From: Candidatus Doudnabacteria bacterium
GTDB lineage: Bacteria; Patescibacteriota; Doudnabacteria; UBA920
Reading direction: 5' to 3'
Assembly (NCBI GenBank): GCA_003151625.1
Contig: PLYC01000007.1
Coordinates: forward strand, 2,929 to 66,928
Length of the DNA: 64,000 bases
The position numbers and the translations under genes are program-made. Under the pieces are notes generated by a model. That model saw only the letters and a list, made by a program, of their open reading frames with translations, was not told where the DNA came from and searched no databases. Below are positions 10,024 through 19,500 of the stretch, one piece after another (the first letter of the stretch is position 1; the number at the start of each line of letters is the position of its first letter).

Positions 10024-10185
10024 AGAACTCATTTTAAAAATAATTTGTAGACGAAATTTCAGGATTTTGAGCGGATTGGCTCTTAATAAATTTTGACGTT
10101 TAGCCAGAGCTAAGCGGAAAAATTTTTAAGGCCAAGACGCCAAAATGCTGGAATTGCAGCCCGAAGGATTTTTAAAATGGGTTCT
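10024..10185. mobile_element. ~160-bp hairpin element with AGAACTCATTTTAAAA/TTTTAAAATGGGTTCT termini
   Basis: Inner ~80 bp nearly identical to the core of 19603-19764. Confidence 0.65.
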
Positions 10186-10188
10186 TAG

Positions 10189-10210
10189 TAGGACTTATGT
10201 GTAAGTCCTA
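10189..10210. repeat. Minimal MITE remnant (termini only)
   Basis: TAGGACTTATGTGTAAGTCCTA. Confidence 0.65.
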
Positions 10211-10220
10211 CTTGCTTTTT

Positions 10221-10604
10221 TTAGCTCTTACGGGGCTTTTTTTTGATAGCTGGTTTTTTAGCCACCAGGTTGGTAGCTTCATTGACTATTTTTTCCCAGT
10301 GGCTTTTGAGTTCAAGGCCAAAAGCCTGCAGCTCTTTGGGGTCAATATTTTTGGCTTGTTTGTACTTGGCCAAAACTTCCTCGGCCGCCTGGTTGTAAGC
10401 TTGTTTGCTAACGGACTTCATTTTTTTTACTTTTTCCAGCAAGTCGGATTTCGCTTTTTTGCTCCAGCCGGACAATTCTTTTAGATGTTTTTTACCTTTT
10501 TTACCGGAAAAATAATATCCGGCCGCGGCCGCGGCCGCTCCGGCGGCCAAAGCCGCCATACCCAAACTTCCTGCTACTTTAGCCGCAGTTGTTTTCTTTT
10601 GCAT
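10221..10604 (-). CDS. YtxH-like general stress protein
   Basis: Paralog of 7668-8036; GAAAGGA RBS before ATG 10604. Confidence 0.65.
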   Translation of the reverse strand: MQKKTTAAKVAGSLGMAALAAGAAAAAAGYYFSGKKGKKHLKELSGWSKKAKSDLLEKVKKMKSVSKQAYNQAAEEVLAKYKQAKNIDPKELQAFGLELKSHWEKIVNEATNLVAKKPAIKKKPRKS

Positions 10605-10694
10605 AAATAGTCCTTTCAATTTTCTACTAAATACTAAATTTGGTGATTGCCACGTTTAGTATTTTTAGTCACTTTAGTATTTAGTAGAGGGTTG

Positions 10695-10985
10695 TTATTT
10701 TTTTTCTTTGCCGCTCTGGGCGGATTTCCTCAAGTTATTAAAGAAACTGGCAAAATATTTTAAGTTCGTTCCTTTTTCCCTGACGTTTTCCCTAAGATCG
10801 GACAAATCTTTGGCAATAAAATCTGCCTCATTTTTTGCTTTTCCGGAAATGTACTTTATGTCACTGGAAATTTTTATAATATAAATTGCCAGCACGGCCA
10901 AAAGCGCGGTTAAAACCACAACAGCAATGCTGGTAATAAGAAAAAAAATGTCCATTTTGGCGAATTCGGTCATAGTATTGATCAA
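10695..10985 (-). CDS. Single-TM coiled-coil protein, DUF948/YtxG-like
   Basis: N-terminal TM then heptad region; upstream of the YtxH-like gene, as in ytxG-ytxH. Confidence 0.55.
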   Translation of the reverse strand: MINTMTEFAKMDIFFLITSIAVVVLTALLAVLAIYIIKISSDIKYISGKAKNEADFIAKDLSDLRENVREKGTNLKYFASFFNNLRKSAQSGKEKK

Positions 10986-11078
10986 AAGATATTTGTTGAT
11001 ATTTAGGGATATTAGTAGATATTATTTTGTCACCCAATATCTATTAATATCTCAATTTCAATTAATATCTTTTTTGAA

Positions 11079-11570
11079 CTATTTATAATATTCCCTAATC
11101 TGAAACAGGAAGTACATGGAAATTACAACATTAAAAATCAAATTAATAAAACTTCCATCAATCAACTGGCCAACCGCGCTTACTAAAACCGCGTAATAAA
11201 CCAAATGCCAGCTTTTAAGGCTTCGTTTAAAAAGTCCCGGCAAAGCCACGGCTTCCATAATAAAAGCAATTAGGCCAATTAAGGCTCCAAGCAAATAAGT
11301 TATCTGGTTGCCATAACCGCCATACATTTTAGCCACCGGGCTAAAAACCGCGCTAAGTCCAATGGCCGCCAACATTGCTAGAGCGCCAAAAATCATTAAG
11401 ACTAAGGTTATCCAGGGCCCGAATTTTACAATCCATTCTTTAGCGACTGGGGGCAGATGGAAGGGGACTTTTTTGTGGAGATAGGTATCAAAAAAGTCTT
11501 CCATTTGCTTTAAAAAACCATGGGGTTGCGGGGCGACTATAGGGTTTTGATTTGGTTGTTGTGTGTCCAT
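11079..11570 (-). CDS. Conserved multi-TM membrane protein
   Basis: LP..AKEWIVKFGPWI...ALPGLFKRS...W...YY...YFLFQIREYYK; 4 TM segments. Confidence 0.75.
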   Translation of the reverse strand: MDTQQPNQNPIVAPQPHGFLKQMEDFFDTYLHKKVPFHLPPVAKEWIVKFGPWITLVLMIFGALAMLAAIGLSAVFSPVAKMYGGYGNQITYLLGALIGLIAFIMEAVALPGLFKRSLKSWHLVYYAVLVSAVGQLIDGSFINLIFNVVISMYFLFQIREYYK

Positions 11571-11625
11571 ATATTTGTTTGAGTATTAGCGATATTTACA
11601 AATATCAGCCAATATCTTAATTACT

Positions 11626-11799
11626 TAGGACTTACGCGCTTGGCCGAGTATGAGGCATTTTGTGAGGATTTTTGGAGGCGTAGTTTGACTACGTCGGCAA
11701 AAACCGCAGCAAAATAACGAAGTAATCGGCCAAGCCCCTGCGGTTTGAGGCAACAAGATATAATTTTTGTTCATTTTTGCCTCAAACGCGTAAGTCCTA
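11626..11799. mobile_element. MITE-like element, full length (174 bp)
   Basis: TAGGACTTACGCG...CGCGTAAGTCCTA termini; near-identical inverted copy at 20600-20774. Confidence 0.85.
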
Positions 11800-11834
11800 T
11801 GTCTGTTAATTTAATTTCTAATATTTATATTATA

Positions 11835-12377
11835 TCACGTTTTTCCATACTTACTAAATAATTCCTCCAAAATGTTCTGGTAGCTTTGGCGGATATTTTG
11901 GTCGCGTCCGACCTCCAAAACTTCATCGTTAATGTTGGTAGCCGCCGTTGTCCAGTTGTAAGACCCGCTGGCGTAAGCTTTTTCCGTAACCAGAGCCTTC
12001 ATGTGCATAATGCCCGAGTGATCCTGCTCATAGACAGGTATGCCGTCGTCGCGCAGAGCGTCTATTATTTGTTTTTGCCCGGGAGCTTGGTTGTATTGGT
12101 CGCGATCGGTAATGCCCACTACGGTCAGGCCGCGGTACTTGGCCGCAATTAAAGCCTGTTCTATATCCTGCCTGGTAAAAGTGTAAACCGCGAAGTAAAC
12201 AAATTTATCCGCGTCCCGGATTTGATTAATAATTTCATCGTTCAACGCGTGATCCTGATTGTAGTAAACGCTGATTTCATGCGTTGGCAAGTAGCGGTAA
12301 GAATAGTAAAATTGTCCACAAAGCGCGATGAGTGAAATAATAACAATCAAATAAACTATGTCTTTTTTGTTTTTCAT
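11835..12377 (-). CDS. Phospholipase D/Nuc-like single HKD-domain protein, membrane anchored
   Basis: AVYTFT, HMK-ALVT-E (HxKxxxxD variant) and SGSYNWT..A...NDE. Confidence 0.85.
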   Translation of the reverse strand: MKNKKDIVYLIVIISLIALCGQFYYSYRYLPTHEISVYYNQDHALNDEIINQIRDADKFVYFAVYTFTRQDIEQALIAAKYRGLTVVGITDRDQYNQAPGQKQIIDALRDDGIPVYEQDHSGIMHMKALVTEKAYASGSYNWTTAATNINDEVLEVGRDQNIRQSYQNILEELFSKYGKT

Positions 12378-12439
12378 ATTTGTGTCAGGAAATTGTGAAA
12401 TCAAGAAATTAGGAAATTGGGGAGCGTGTCCCCAATACC

Positions 12440-12874
12440 TTAATATCCCAATTTCTTAATTTCCTTTTTAATTTCTCTTTTTTGTATATACTCTCGTTTA
12501 TCTGCCTTTTTTCTCGCTTTGCCTAAGCCTATCCTCATTTTTATCAATCCGCGATTACCCAAAAAAATATCCAGGGGAATTACTACCAACCCTTTTTCTT
12601 TTCCGAGCAATTTGTTTATTTCCGATTTGTTTAAAAGAAGTTGTCGGGTTTGGGTCGGCTGGTATTTTTCATCGGGCGCGTACTTGTAAGGCCCAATATG
12701 GCAATTAATTAAACTGGCCCCCCTGGCCGACACGGTTACATAAGCCCCGGCCAAAGAAACATTGCCGCCTTTAACGGATTTTACTTCTGCCCCGCTCAAT
12801 ACCAAACCGGCAGTAAAGTTTTCTTTAATATCGTAATCAAACCTTGCTCTCTTATTGTCCGCAAAAATTTTCAT
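12440..12874 (-). CDS. smpB: SsrA-binding protein SmpB
   Basis: NKRARFDY.I.E...AGLVL.G.EVKSV, R.LLL.K.EI, KK.DKRE. Confidence 0.95.
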   Translation of the reverse strand: MKIFADNKRARFDYDIKENFTAGLVLSGAEVKSVKGGNVSLAGAYVTVSARGASLINCHIGPYKYAPDEKYQPTQTRQLLLNKSEINKLLGKEKGLVVIPLDIFLGNRGLIKMRIGLGKARKKADKREYIQKREIKKEIKKLGY

Positions 12875-12947
12875 ATCCGGTGTTTAATCTAATATATATT
12901 GTACCACCATTTATACTCTTGTCTATAAGCAAATTTTGACTTAAAAT

Positions 12948-12989
12948 ATAAGTGGAGAAAATTCTCGGCCGAGAAAATCATCCACTTAT
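12948..12989. repeat. CGGCCG-centred palindrome upstream of the PaaX-like gene
   Basis: ATAAGTGGA...TTCTCGGCCGAGAA...TCCACTTAT; matches 13810-13847. Confidence 0.75.
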
Positions 12990-12991
12990 TA

Positions 12992-13256
12992 GCGACGTAG
13001 AGCGAGAGAAATGATATGCAGCATATCATTTCCGAGCCGACCTATTCAACTCCGCTCAAGGCCCCGAGTGCAGATCGAGGGGGAGCTTCCGCCAAAGGCG
13101 GATCCTCCTCCCTTCGAGGGTCTGAGGACCCCTCAGGGTCTCGAACGACCGGCGGAAATACAGGTTCAATACTTCGTCCCGCCGACGGCGGAACTGCGAA
13201 GTGCAGGCAGTTCATTGCACTAATACCTCGCAGCTCTGCGGATAGCGAACCTTTAT
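12992..13256 (+). ncRNA. Structured leader element, copy C, interrupted by ~105 nt of nested REP-like hairpins
   Basis: Both ends align with copies A and B; insert at about 13051-13157. Confidence 0.5.
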
Positions 13257-13273
13257 TAAATAAGCAACATTTT

Positions 13274-13795
13274 ATGCTGGAAGATTACAATCTTGCTGAC
13301 TCCATTTTGGCCTTTTTTTCCGAGACGCTGAATTTATTGCCGAGGCCTTTGGAAATGCCTTACCAATGGGTTAAACGTAACAAAGGGATGAATTATAGGA
13401 GTTACTACGATTCCGTGCAGGGCTTAAAGCGTCGCGGGGCGGTAAAATTGACAAAAAAGCGGGATAAAACATTCATCCAGTTAACGGAAAAAGGTTTATT
13501 GGATGTTTTACTGCTGAAAGCGGGCGTGAGCAGAGAAAGGGTCTGGGATGGGAAGTGGAGAGTGTGTATTTTTGACATTCCGGAAGAAGCTCACTTACAG
13601 CGGGACTATTTTCGCCGCCTGCTTAAGCAGTACGGTTTTTATAAATTGCAGGCCAGTGTTTTTGTGCACCCGTTTACATTGAACCGAGAGGCAATAGCAT
13701 ACTTAAGTAAAACAGGTCTGAATAAATATATTCGTTTTTTAAAAGTTGAAGAAATGGACAATGATGAGGATTTAAAGAAGTTTTTTAACCTATGA
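13274..13795 (+). CDS. PaaX-like protein (wHTH plus Cas2-like ferredoxin-fold domain)
   Basis: LTEKG...WDGKWRVCIFDIPE...RD.FRR.L...GFYKLQASVFVHP; ATG 13274 preferred over 13016. Confidence 0.75.
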   Translation: MLEDYNLADSILAFFSETLNLLPRPLEMPYQWVKRNKGMNYRSYYDSVQGLKRRGAVKLTKKRDKTFIQLTEKGLLDVLLLKAGVSRERVWDGKWRVCIFDIPEEAHLQRDYFRRLLKQYGFYKLQASVFVHPFTLNREAIAYLSKTGLNKYIRFLKVEEMDNDEDLKKFFNL

Positions 13796-13809
13796 ATGAA
13801 TAGATAGAA

Positions 13810-13847
13810 AAGTGGATAAATTTCACGGCCGTGAAATTTACCCACTT
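13810..13847. repeat. CGGCCG-centred palindrome downstream of the PaaX-like gene
   Basis: AAGTGGATAAATTTCACGGCCGTGAAATTTACCCACTT. Confidence 0.8.
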
Positions 13848-13936
13848 CGTAATTTTTTTAAAATCCGGTATTTTGGAATTTTTAGATTTTTGATTTTGGT
13901 GAAACAAACGATTTTGTGTTATAATGCAGGTATTAT

Positions 13937-15706
13937 ATGCCAAGTGAAACATCTAAAAATTTTATAAACCACCTTTTGTCATCGGCTTTGTCCGGGCTCA
14001 AGCTGACTTCCTATTTGGACGTTTTAGATATTACGCCCCCATCCAATCCTGATTTTGGCGATTATTCCAGCAATGCGGCTTTAATTTTGTCAAAAAAACT
14101 AAAAATTAACCCTAAAGAAATCGCCGGGAAAATTGTTGACGCCATAAATAATATAGATTTAGAAGGCAAACTGGAATCGGTTACCGAACAGGGCGGGTTT
14201 ATTAACTTTAAACTTTCACAAAAATTTTTGCTTAATAATCTTGGTACTATAATTGACCAACGGGACTTGTACGGATGTTCGGTGTTGGGTGAAGGGAAAA
14301 CTGTAGTTGTCGAGTATTTCCAAAATAACGTAGCTAAGCCGCCTCACGTAGGGCACCTGCGTTCGTCCGTAATTGGCGATTGTCTTTTAAGAGTTTTTAA
14401 ATCGCAAGGCTACAAAACTATTTCCGATACTCACATTGGTGACTGGGGCGTCCAGTTCGGCATTTTGCTTTACGCGTTTAAGACAATGAAGCCGGATATG
14501 GAAGTTTTGGAAAAAGACCCGATTAACGAGTTAAATAAACTTTATGTAGCCATGTCCGCAAAAATAGAAGCCCAAGCCGAGCTTCGGGATTTAGCCAAAG
14601 CGGAATTTAAGAAGCTGGAAGACGGAGATGAGCAGAACCGCAAACTCTGGCAGTTGTTTGTGGACGAATCCTTAAAAGATTTTGAACGCTACCGGATTTT
14701 GCTTGGAGTCTTGCCATTTGATTATAATTTGGGAGAAAGTTTTTACGAAAAACATATGCCGGAAGTTTTGGCGGAATTTCAGGAAAAGAAACTTATAACA
14801 AAAGGCGAAACAGGGGAGCTTTATATTGATTTGGAAAGCTTCGGTCTTGGCCGCTGTATTTTGGTAAAAAGCGACGGAGCGACCACTTACCATTTGCGGG
14901 ATTTTGCCACTTACCTTTACCGACGCAAACAGTTTAATTTTTTAAAAAATCTGTACATTGTAGACAATCGTCAGTCGCACCATTTTAAACAGCTATTTAA
15001 GTCGCTCGAACTTGCAGGCTATCCGGCCGAAAAAGACAGTACCCATATTGATTTGGGATTTATGAGTTTGCCCGAAGGTGCTATTTCCACGCGCAAAGGC
15101 ACAACAATTAGTCTGGAGAATTTAATTACCGAGGCCAACAAGCGCGCTTTAAAAATTATTGAAGACAAGAATCCGGATTTGGAAAATAAAGAAGCGGTCT
15201 CTAAGCAAGTCGCGCTGGCGGCCATAAAATATTTTGATTTATCACATAATCGTAAAACAGAAATAATCTTTACTTGGGACAACGCTTTGTCGTTTGAGGG
15301 CAATACAGGGCCGTATTTGCAGTACACGCACGCGAGAATTCATGGAATATTGCGTAAATCGCGGAATAATACGGAACTTAACGCGGAAAATGCGGAACGT
15401 GGTTTTCCGCGCCTTTCCGCGTCAGATTCCGCGTCTTTCCGCGACACCGAACTCTCCGTTCTTCGCAAACTCATCCAATTCCCCGAAGTCGTTACCCAAG
15501 TCTCCCAGGACTATTTCCCCAACAACCTCTGTAATTATTTATTTGAACTTTCCCAAACCGTTAACTCTTTTTATCAGGAAGTTCCCGTCCTAGCCGAAAC
15601 CGACGAAACCCTAAAATCCTTCCGCCTAAATTTAATTACCGCCACCGCGCAAGTTATAAAAAATGGGCTTTATCTGTTGGGAATAGAAGCGCCGGAGGAA
15701 ATGTGA
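13937..15706 (+). CDS. argS: Arginine--tRNA ligase
   Basis: N.AKPPHVGHLRS, HIGDWG.QFG, STRKG, GNTGPYLQYTHARI, LGIEAPEEM. Confidence 0.97.
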   Translation: MPSETSKNFINHLLSSALSGLKLTSYLDVLDITPPSNPDFGDYSSNAALILSKKLKINPKEIAGKIVDAINNIDLEGKLESVTEQGGFINFKLSQKFLLNNLGTIIDQRDLYGCSVLGEGKTVVVEYFQNNVAKPPHVGHLRSSVIGDCLLRVFKSQGYKTISDTHIGDWGVQFGILLYAFKTMKPDMEVLEKDPINELNKLYVAMSAKIEAQAELRDLAKAEFKKLEDGDEQNRKLWQLFVDESLKDFERYRILLGVLPFDYNLGESFYEKHMPEVLAEFQEKKLITKGETGELYIDLESFGLGRCILVKSDGATTYHLRDFATYLYRRKQFNFLKNLYIVDNRQSHHFKQLFKSLELAGYPAEKDSTHIDLGFMSLPEGAISTRKGTTISLENLITEANKRALKIIEDKNPDLENKEAVSKQVALAAIKYFDLSHNRKTEIIFTWDNALSFEGNTGPYLQYTHARIHGILRKSRNNTELNAENAERGFPRLSASDSASFRDTELSVLRKLIQFPEVVTQVSQDYFPNNLCNYLFELSQTVNSFYQEVPVLAETDETLKSFRLNLITATAQVIKNGLYLLGIEAPEEM

Positions 15707-15787
15707 AGCCGCTGATTGGTCGCTGATTAGTACGCTGAAGGTCGTAGCCCATCGATTTATCGGCCTGAAGAATTAAATGTAAGAATT

Positions 15788-16489
15788 ATGACTGGAGAAA
15801 TTCAAAAAAGGCCACAGCCTGATCGCCAAGATATTGTCGAGGCGAAAGATAATGTTGAAGTATTGAAAGCGGATTTTGTTCATCTTTGCCGTTCTTTAGA
15901 AAGTTTGGTTGCTGAATTGAAGCAGCGGGGTTCGGAAGGAGAAAAATTGGCTAGGGGATTATTTTTAGAACAGACTTTAACAGACTTGCAACGTCCAGAA
16001 AACGAAAGAGGTTTTGATGCAGATTTTAGTGCCGTAGAGAGAAATACAGATATCACAGCCCCTGATTTTATCTCACGTTGGCTATTTGGGTATTCTGGTG
16101 CAATTAATAATTTAGGTAAAGCCTACCTTCGGGTAAAAACTTTTTATAAAGAAGATTCAAGTTTTTCTGATTTTATTACAAATTTTGAGAATTTTATCAC
16201 AAGCGTCAATAAAAACAATACCAAATGCAAAATTTCACCTCTGCCCGAGTTATTGGCGCCAATGGACGAAGAGAGGTTTGAGTTAAATGATAATTCTGTA
16301 GAGCAAGCGTACGCATCGGTCCCAAAAATAAGACAAGAGGTCGGAATAAAATTGACAGAACATTCTAAAATAGAATCAGAAAATGTATATCTGATTATTG
16401 ACCTAGCGGCTATGCCATTGAATGAAACTGGATTCAAATCACAGAAAGCAAAAGTTAAAATAGCATCGCCTGCTCAATGGGAAAATTAA
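15788..16489 (+). CDS. Hypothetical protein
   Basis: 233-aa AT-rich ORF between argS and ileS; no motif recognised. Confidence 0.6.
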   Translation: MTGEIQKRPQPDRQDIVEAKDNVEVLKADFVHLCRSLESLVAELKQRGSEGEKLARGLFLEQTLTDLQRPENERGFDADFSAVERNTDITAPDFISRWLFGYSGAINNLGKAYLRVKTFYKEDSSFSDFITNFENFITSVNKNNTKCKISPLPELLAPMDEERFELNDNSVEQAYASVPKIRQEVGIKLTEHSKIESENVYLIIDLAAMPLNETGFKSQKAKVKIASPAQWEN

Positions 16490-16513
16490 TAAAGTAACGC
16501 TTAAATTTATTTT

Positions 16514-19500
16514 ATGACGGAAGAAAAACCGCAAACATCATCAACCCCCAATTTTAATAACCTGGAAAAGGGAGTTTTACAGTTTTGGGATGAGAATAAA
16601 ATTTTTGAAAAGTCTTTGGAACAGACCAAGGACAATGAGCCTTACATTTTTTATGATGGGCCGCCTTTTGCCACGGGACTGCCGCATTATGGCCATATTT
16701 TGGGGTCTACGGTTAAAGATTCCTTTGGCCGCTATTATACGATGAAAGGCCGGTTCGTCCGGCGCGTTTGGGGCTGGGATTGCCACGGTTTGCCCATAGA
16801 AAATATTGTTGAACAGCAGTTAAAAATTTCCGGAAAAAAACAAATAGAGGAACTCGGCGTGGATAAGTTTAACCAGGCTTGCCGGGAAAATGTTTTAAGG
16901 TTCGTGGATGAATGGGGAAAAATGGTCAAGCGCATGGGGCGCTGGGTGAACTTTGACAATTCCTATAAAACCATGGACACCACCTATATGGAGAGCGTGT
17001 GGTGGTCTCTCCAGCAGATTTGGAACAAGGGATTAATTTACGAAGACCGCAAAGTTTTGCTTTACTGCTCGCGCTGTGAAACTCCAATTTCCAATTTTGA
17101 AGTGGCAATGGACAACAGCTACCGTGACGTGACCGAGGAATCGGTTTACGCTAAATTCAAAATGCCCAAGGGCCAGAGAATTATTAACGACCTGACCAAC
17201 GATAAGACTTTTGTCTTAGCCTGGACAACTACGCCATGGACCTTGCCCGGCAATACATCGCTGAACGTCGGAGCGGATATAGTTTATGTAATGATCGAGA
17301 TGGAAAATGGCCCTGCCCGCCAGTCGCCTGACGGCTCCAGCCGGATGGCAGGCGGGGAAAGATATATTTTGGCCAAGGAACGATTGTCTGTAATAGATGG
17401 TTCTTACGAGACTGTCGCCGAATTTCCGGGCAGGGCAATTGCCGGGCTGGAATATGAACCGTTATATCCCGGCGTTATCCCTTCATCGCGGAATAATGCG
17501 GAATTTAACGCAGAAGGACGCGGAAGTAATCATCCTGAATTTGTGGGTGATCCCGCCAAATCGCATCACATTTATATTGCCGACTTTGTTACCACCACCG
17601 ACGGAACCGGGGTTGTTCACAATGCGGCCATGTATGGAGAAGAAGACTATCAACTGGCCAAAGAAAAAGATTTGCCTCGAATGGATATGCTTGACCACAA
17701 GGGCCGCTATTTGGAATATTTGCCGGAGAGTTTGCGCGGCGTATTTTTTAAAGACGCGGAAAAAATAGTGCTTAAGGAATTGGCGGCCAAAAATTTGGTT
17801 TATAAGACCGAACATTATACTCACAGCTACCCGCACTGCTATCGATGCGCTACTCCGCTGTTTTATAACGCGCTGCCGGCCTGGTTTATTAATATACAAA
17901 AAATAAAATCCCAACTGCGCAAACTAAACTCCGAAGAAATAAATTGGCAGCCGGAACATCTAAAAATGGGGCGTTTTGATAAAAGCATAGAGTCCGCGCC
18001 GGATTGGAATATTTCCAGAAACAGGTTTTGGGCTACGCCATTGCCGTTTTGGAAATGCGGAAACGATGAATGTAAAAATGTAATTTGTGTCGGATCAGTT
18101 GATGAATTAAAGGAAAAATCAAATAACTTTGGCCAGGTTTACCCAAATTTTAATTCGGAAAATCTGCAGATGACCGATTTGCATCGCCCTTACATAGACC
18201 AAGTGGTCGTAACCTGTCCGAAGTGCGCGGATAATATGAAGCGCGTGCCTGAAGTTGTGGACTGCTGGGTGGAAAGCGGTAGTATGCCGTTTGCCGAGTT
18301 GCATTATCCGTTTGCAAACCAGGAATTATTTAAGAAACGTTTTCCGGCCGATTTTGTGGCCGAATATATTGGCCAAGTCAGGGCTTGGTATTATGTTATG
18401 CTTGTGGTCTCCACAATTGCTTTTGAACACGCCCCGTTTAAAAATATTGTTACAACAGGAAATATTTTGGCGGAAGACGGCAGTAAAATGTCCAAGAGCA
18501 AAAATAATTATCCTGACCCGTGGATTTTAATAGAAAAATATGGAATAGACGCATTGAGGTTTTATCTTTTAACCAGCCCGGTTATGAATGCCGATGATGT
18601 AAATTTTTCCGAAAAAGGCGTGCAGGAAATCGGCCGCAAGGTAAATATGCTGGTTTACAATGTCTGGAGCTTTTTGCGCCTTTATACCAAAGATAAATTC
18701 AGCGGCGAACTTCCGGTATCGGAAAATATTTTAGACAGATGGATTATTTCCCGGCTTAGCCAAGTCCACAAACAAGTCACGGGATTTTTGGATGTTTATG
18801 ACACCGTGCGCGCCGGCAAAGCCATGACTGCTTTTATAGACGAACTTTCTACCTGGTATTTGCGCCGCAGCCGCGACCGCATAAAAAATAACGACGAGGC
18901 CGCGAAAATCGCGTTGGCTACTTTGGCCTATGTTTTAATAGAACTTTCCAAAATGTTGGCGCCGTTTATGCCATTTTTGGCGGAGTTTATTTATCGCGAT
19001 CTCACTGGCCAAGAATCTGTACATTTAACATTGTGGACAGTAGAAATTGCCGGCGATAACGAAGTCGTCCGCCAAAAAATGGCTTTTGTTAAAGATTTGG
19101 TGGAAAGCGGCCTTTCTTTGCGTAAAGAAGCCGGCTTTAAAGTTCGCCAGCCCCTGGCCGAGGTTGAATATCATATTAAGAATAAAGATCTCGTGCTGGA
19201 CGCGGATTTTGAAAAACTTTTGGCCGATGAGCTCAACGTTAAATTAATAAGCAACCGTCAGGATTTTGTGGCCAAAGGCGGCTGGGCGTACAAGGACACC
19301 CCGGGTTTTAAACTTCAAATTAACCTGGAATTAAGCGAGGATCTAAGGCAGGAAGGTTTGGCTAGGGAAATCGAGCGCCAAATTCAGGACTTAAGAAAAA
19401 AGAGCGGCCTTAGAGTGGGAGAACTGGTGGATGTTTATTACAATACCCAGGACGAGAAACTAGAGGAAGCTTTGCTGAAATTGGTAGATCGCAAAAAAAC

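Noticed and set aside
12440-13260. tmRNA next to smpB
   Set aside because: No tRNA-Ala-like GGGG...CCACCA ends or tag reading frame seen; the structured region belongs to a three-copy repeat.
13016-13795. Calling the ORF a true Cas2, and using the 13016 start
   Set aside because: It has PaaX-like architecture with no CRISPR locus nearby; the first 86 codons translate repeat and leader DNA, so ATG 13274 is more plausible.
15359-15444. Inteins or self-splicing introns as the source of in-gene insertions
   Set aside because: The inserts are under ~100 nt, lack intein C/S...HN ends and group I/II cores, and match intergenic palindromic repeats.
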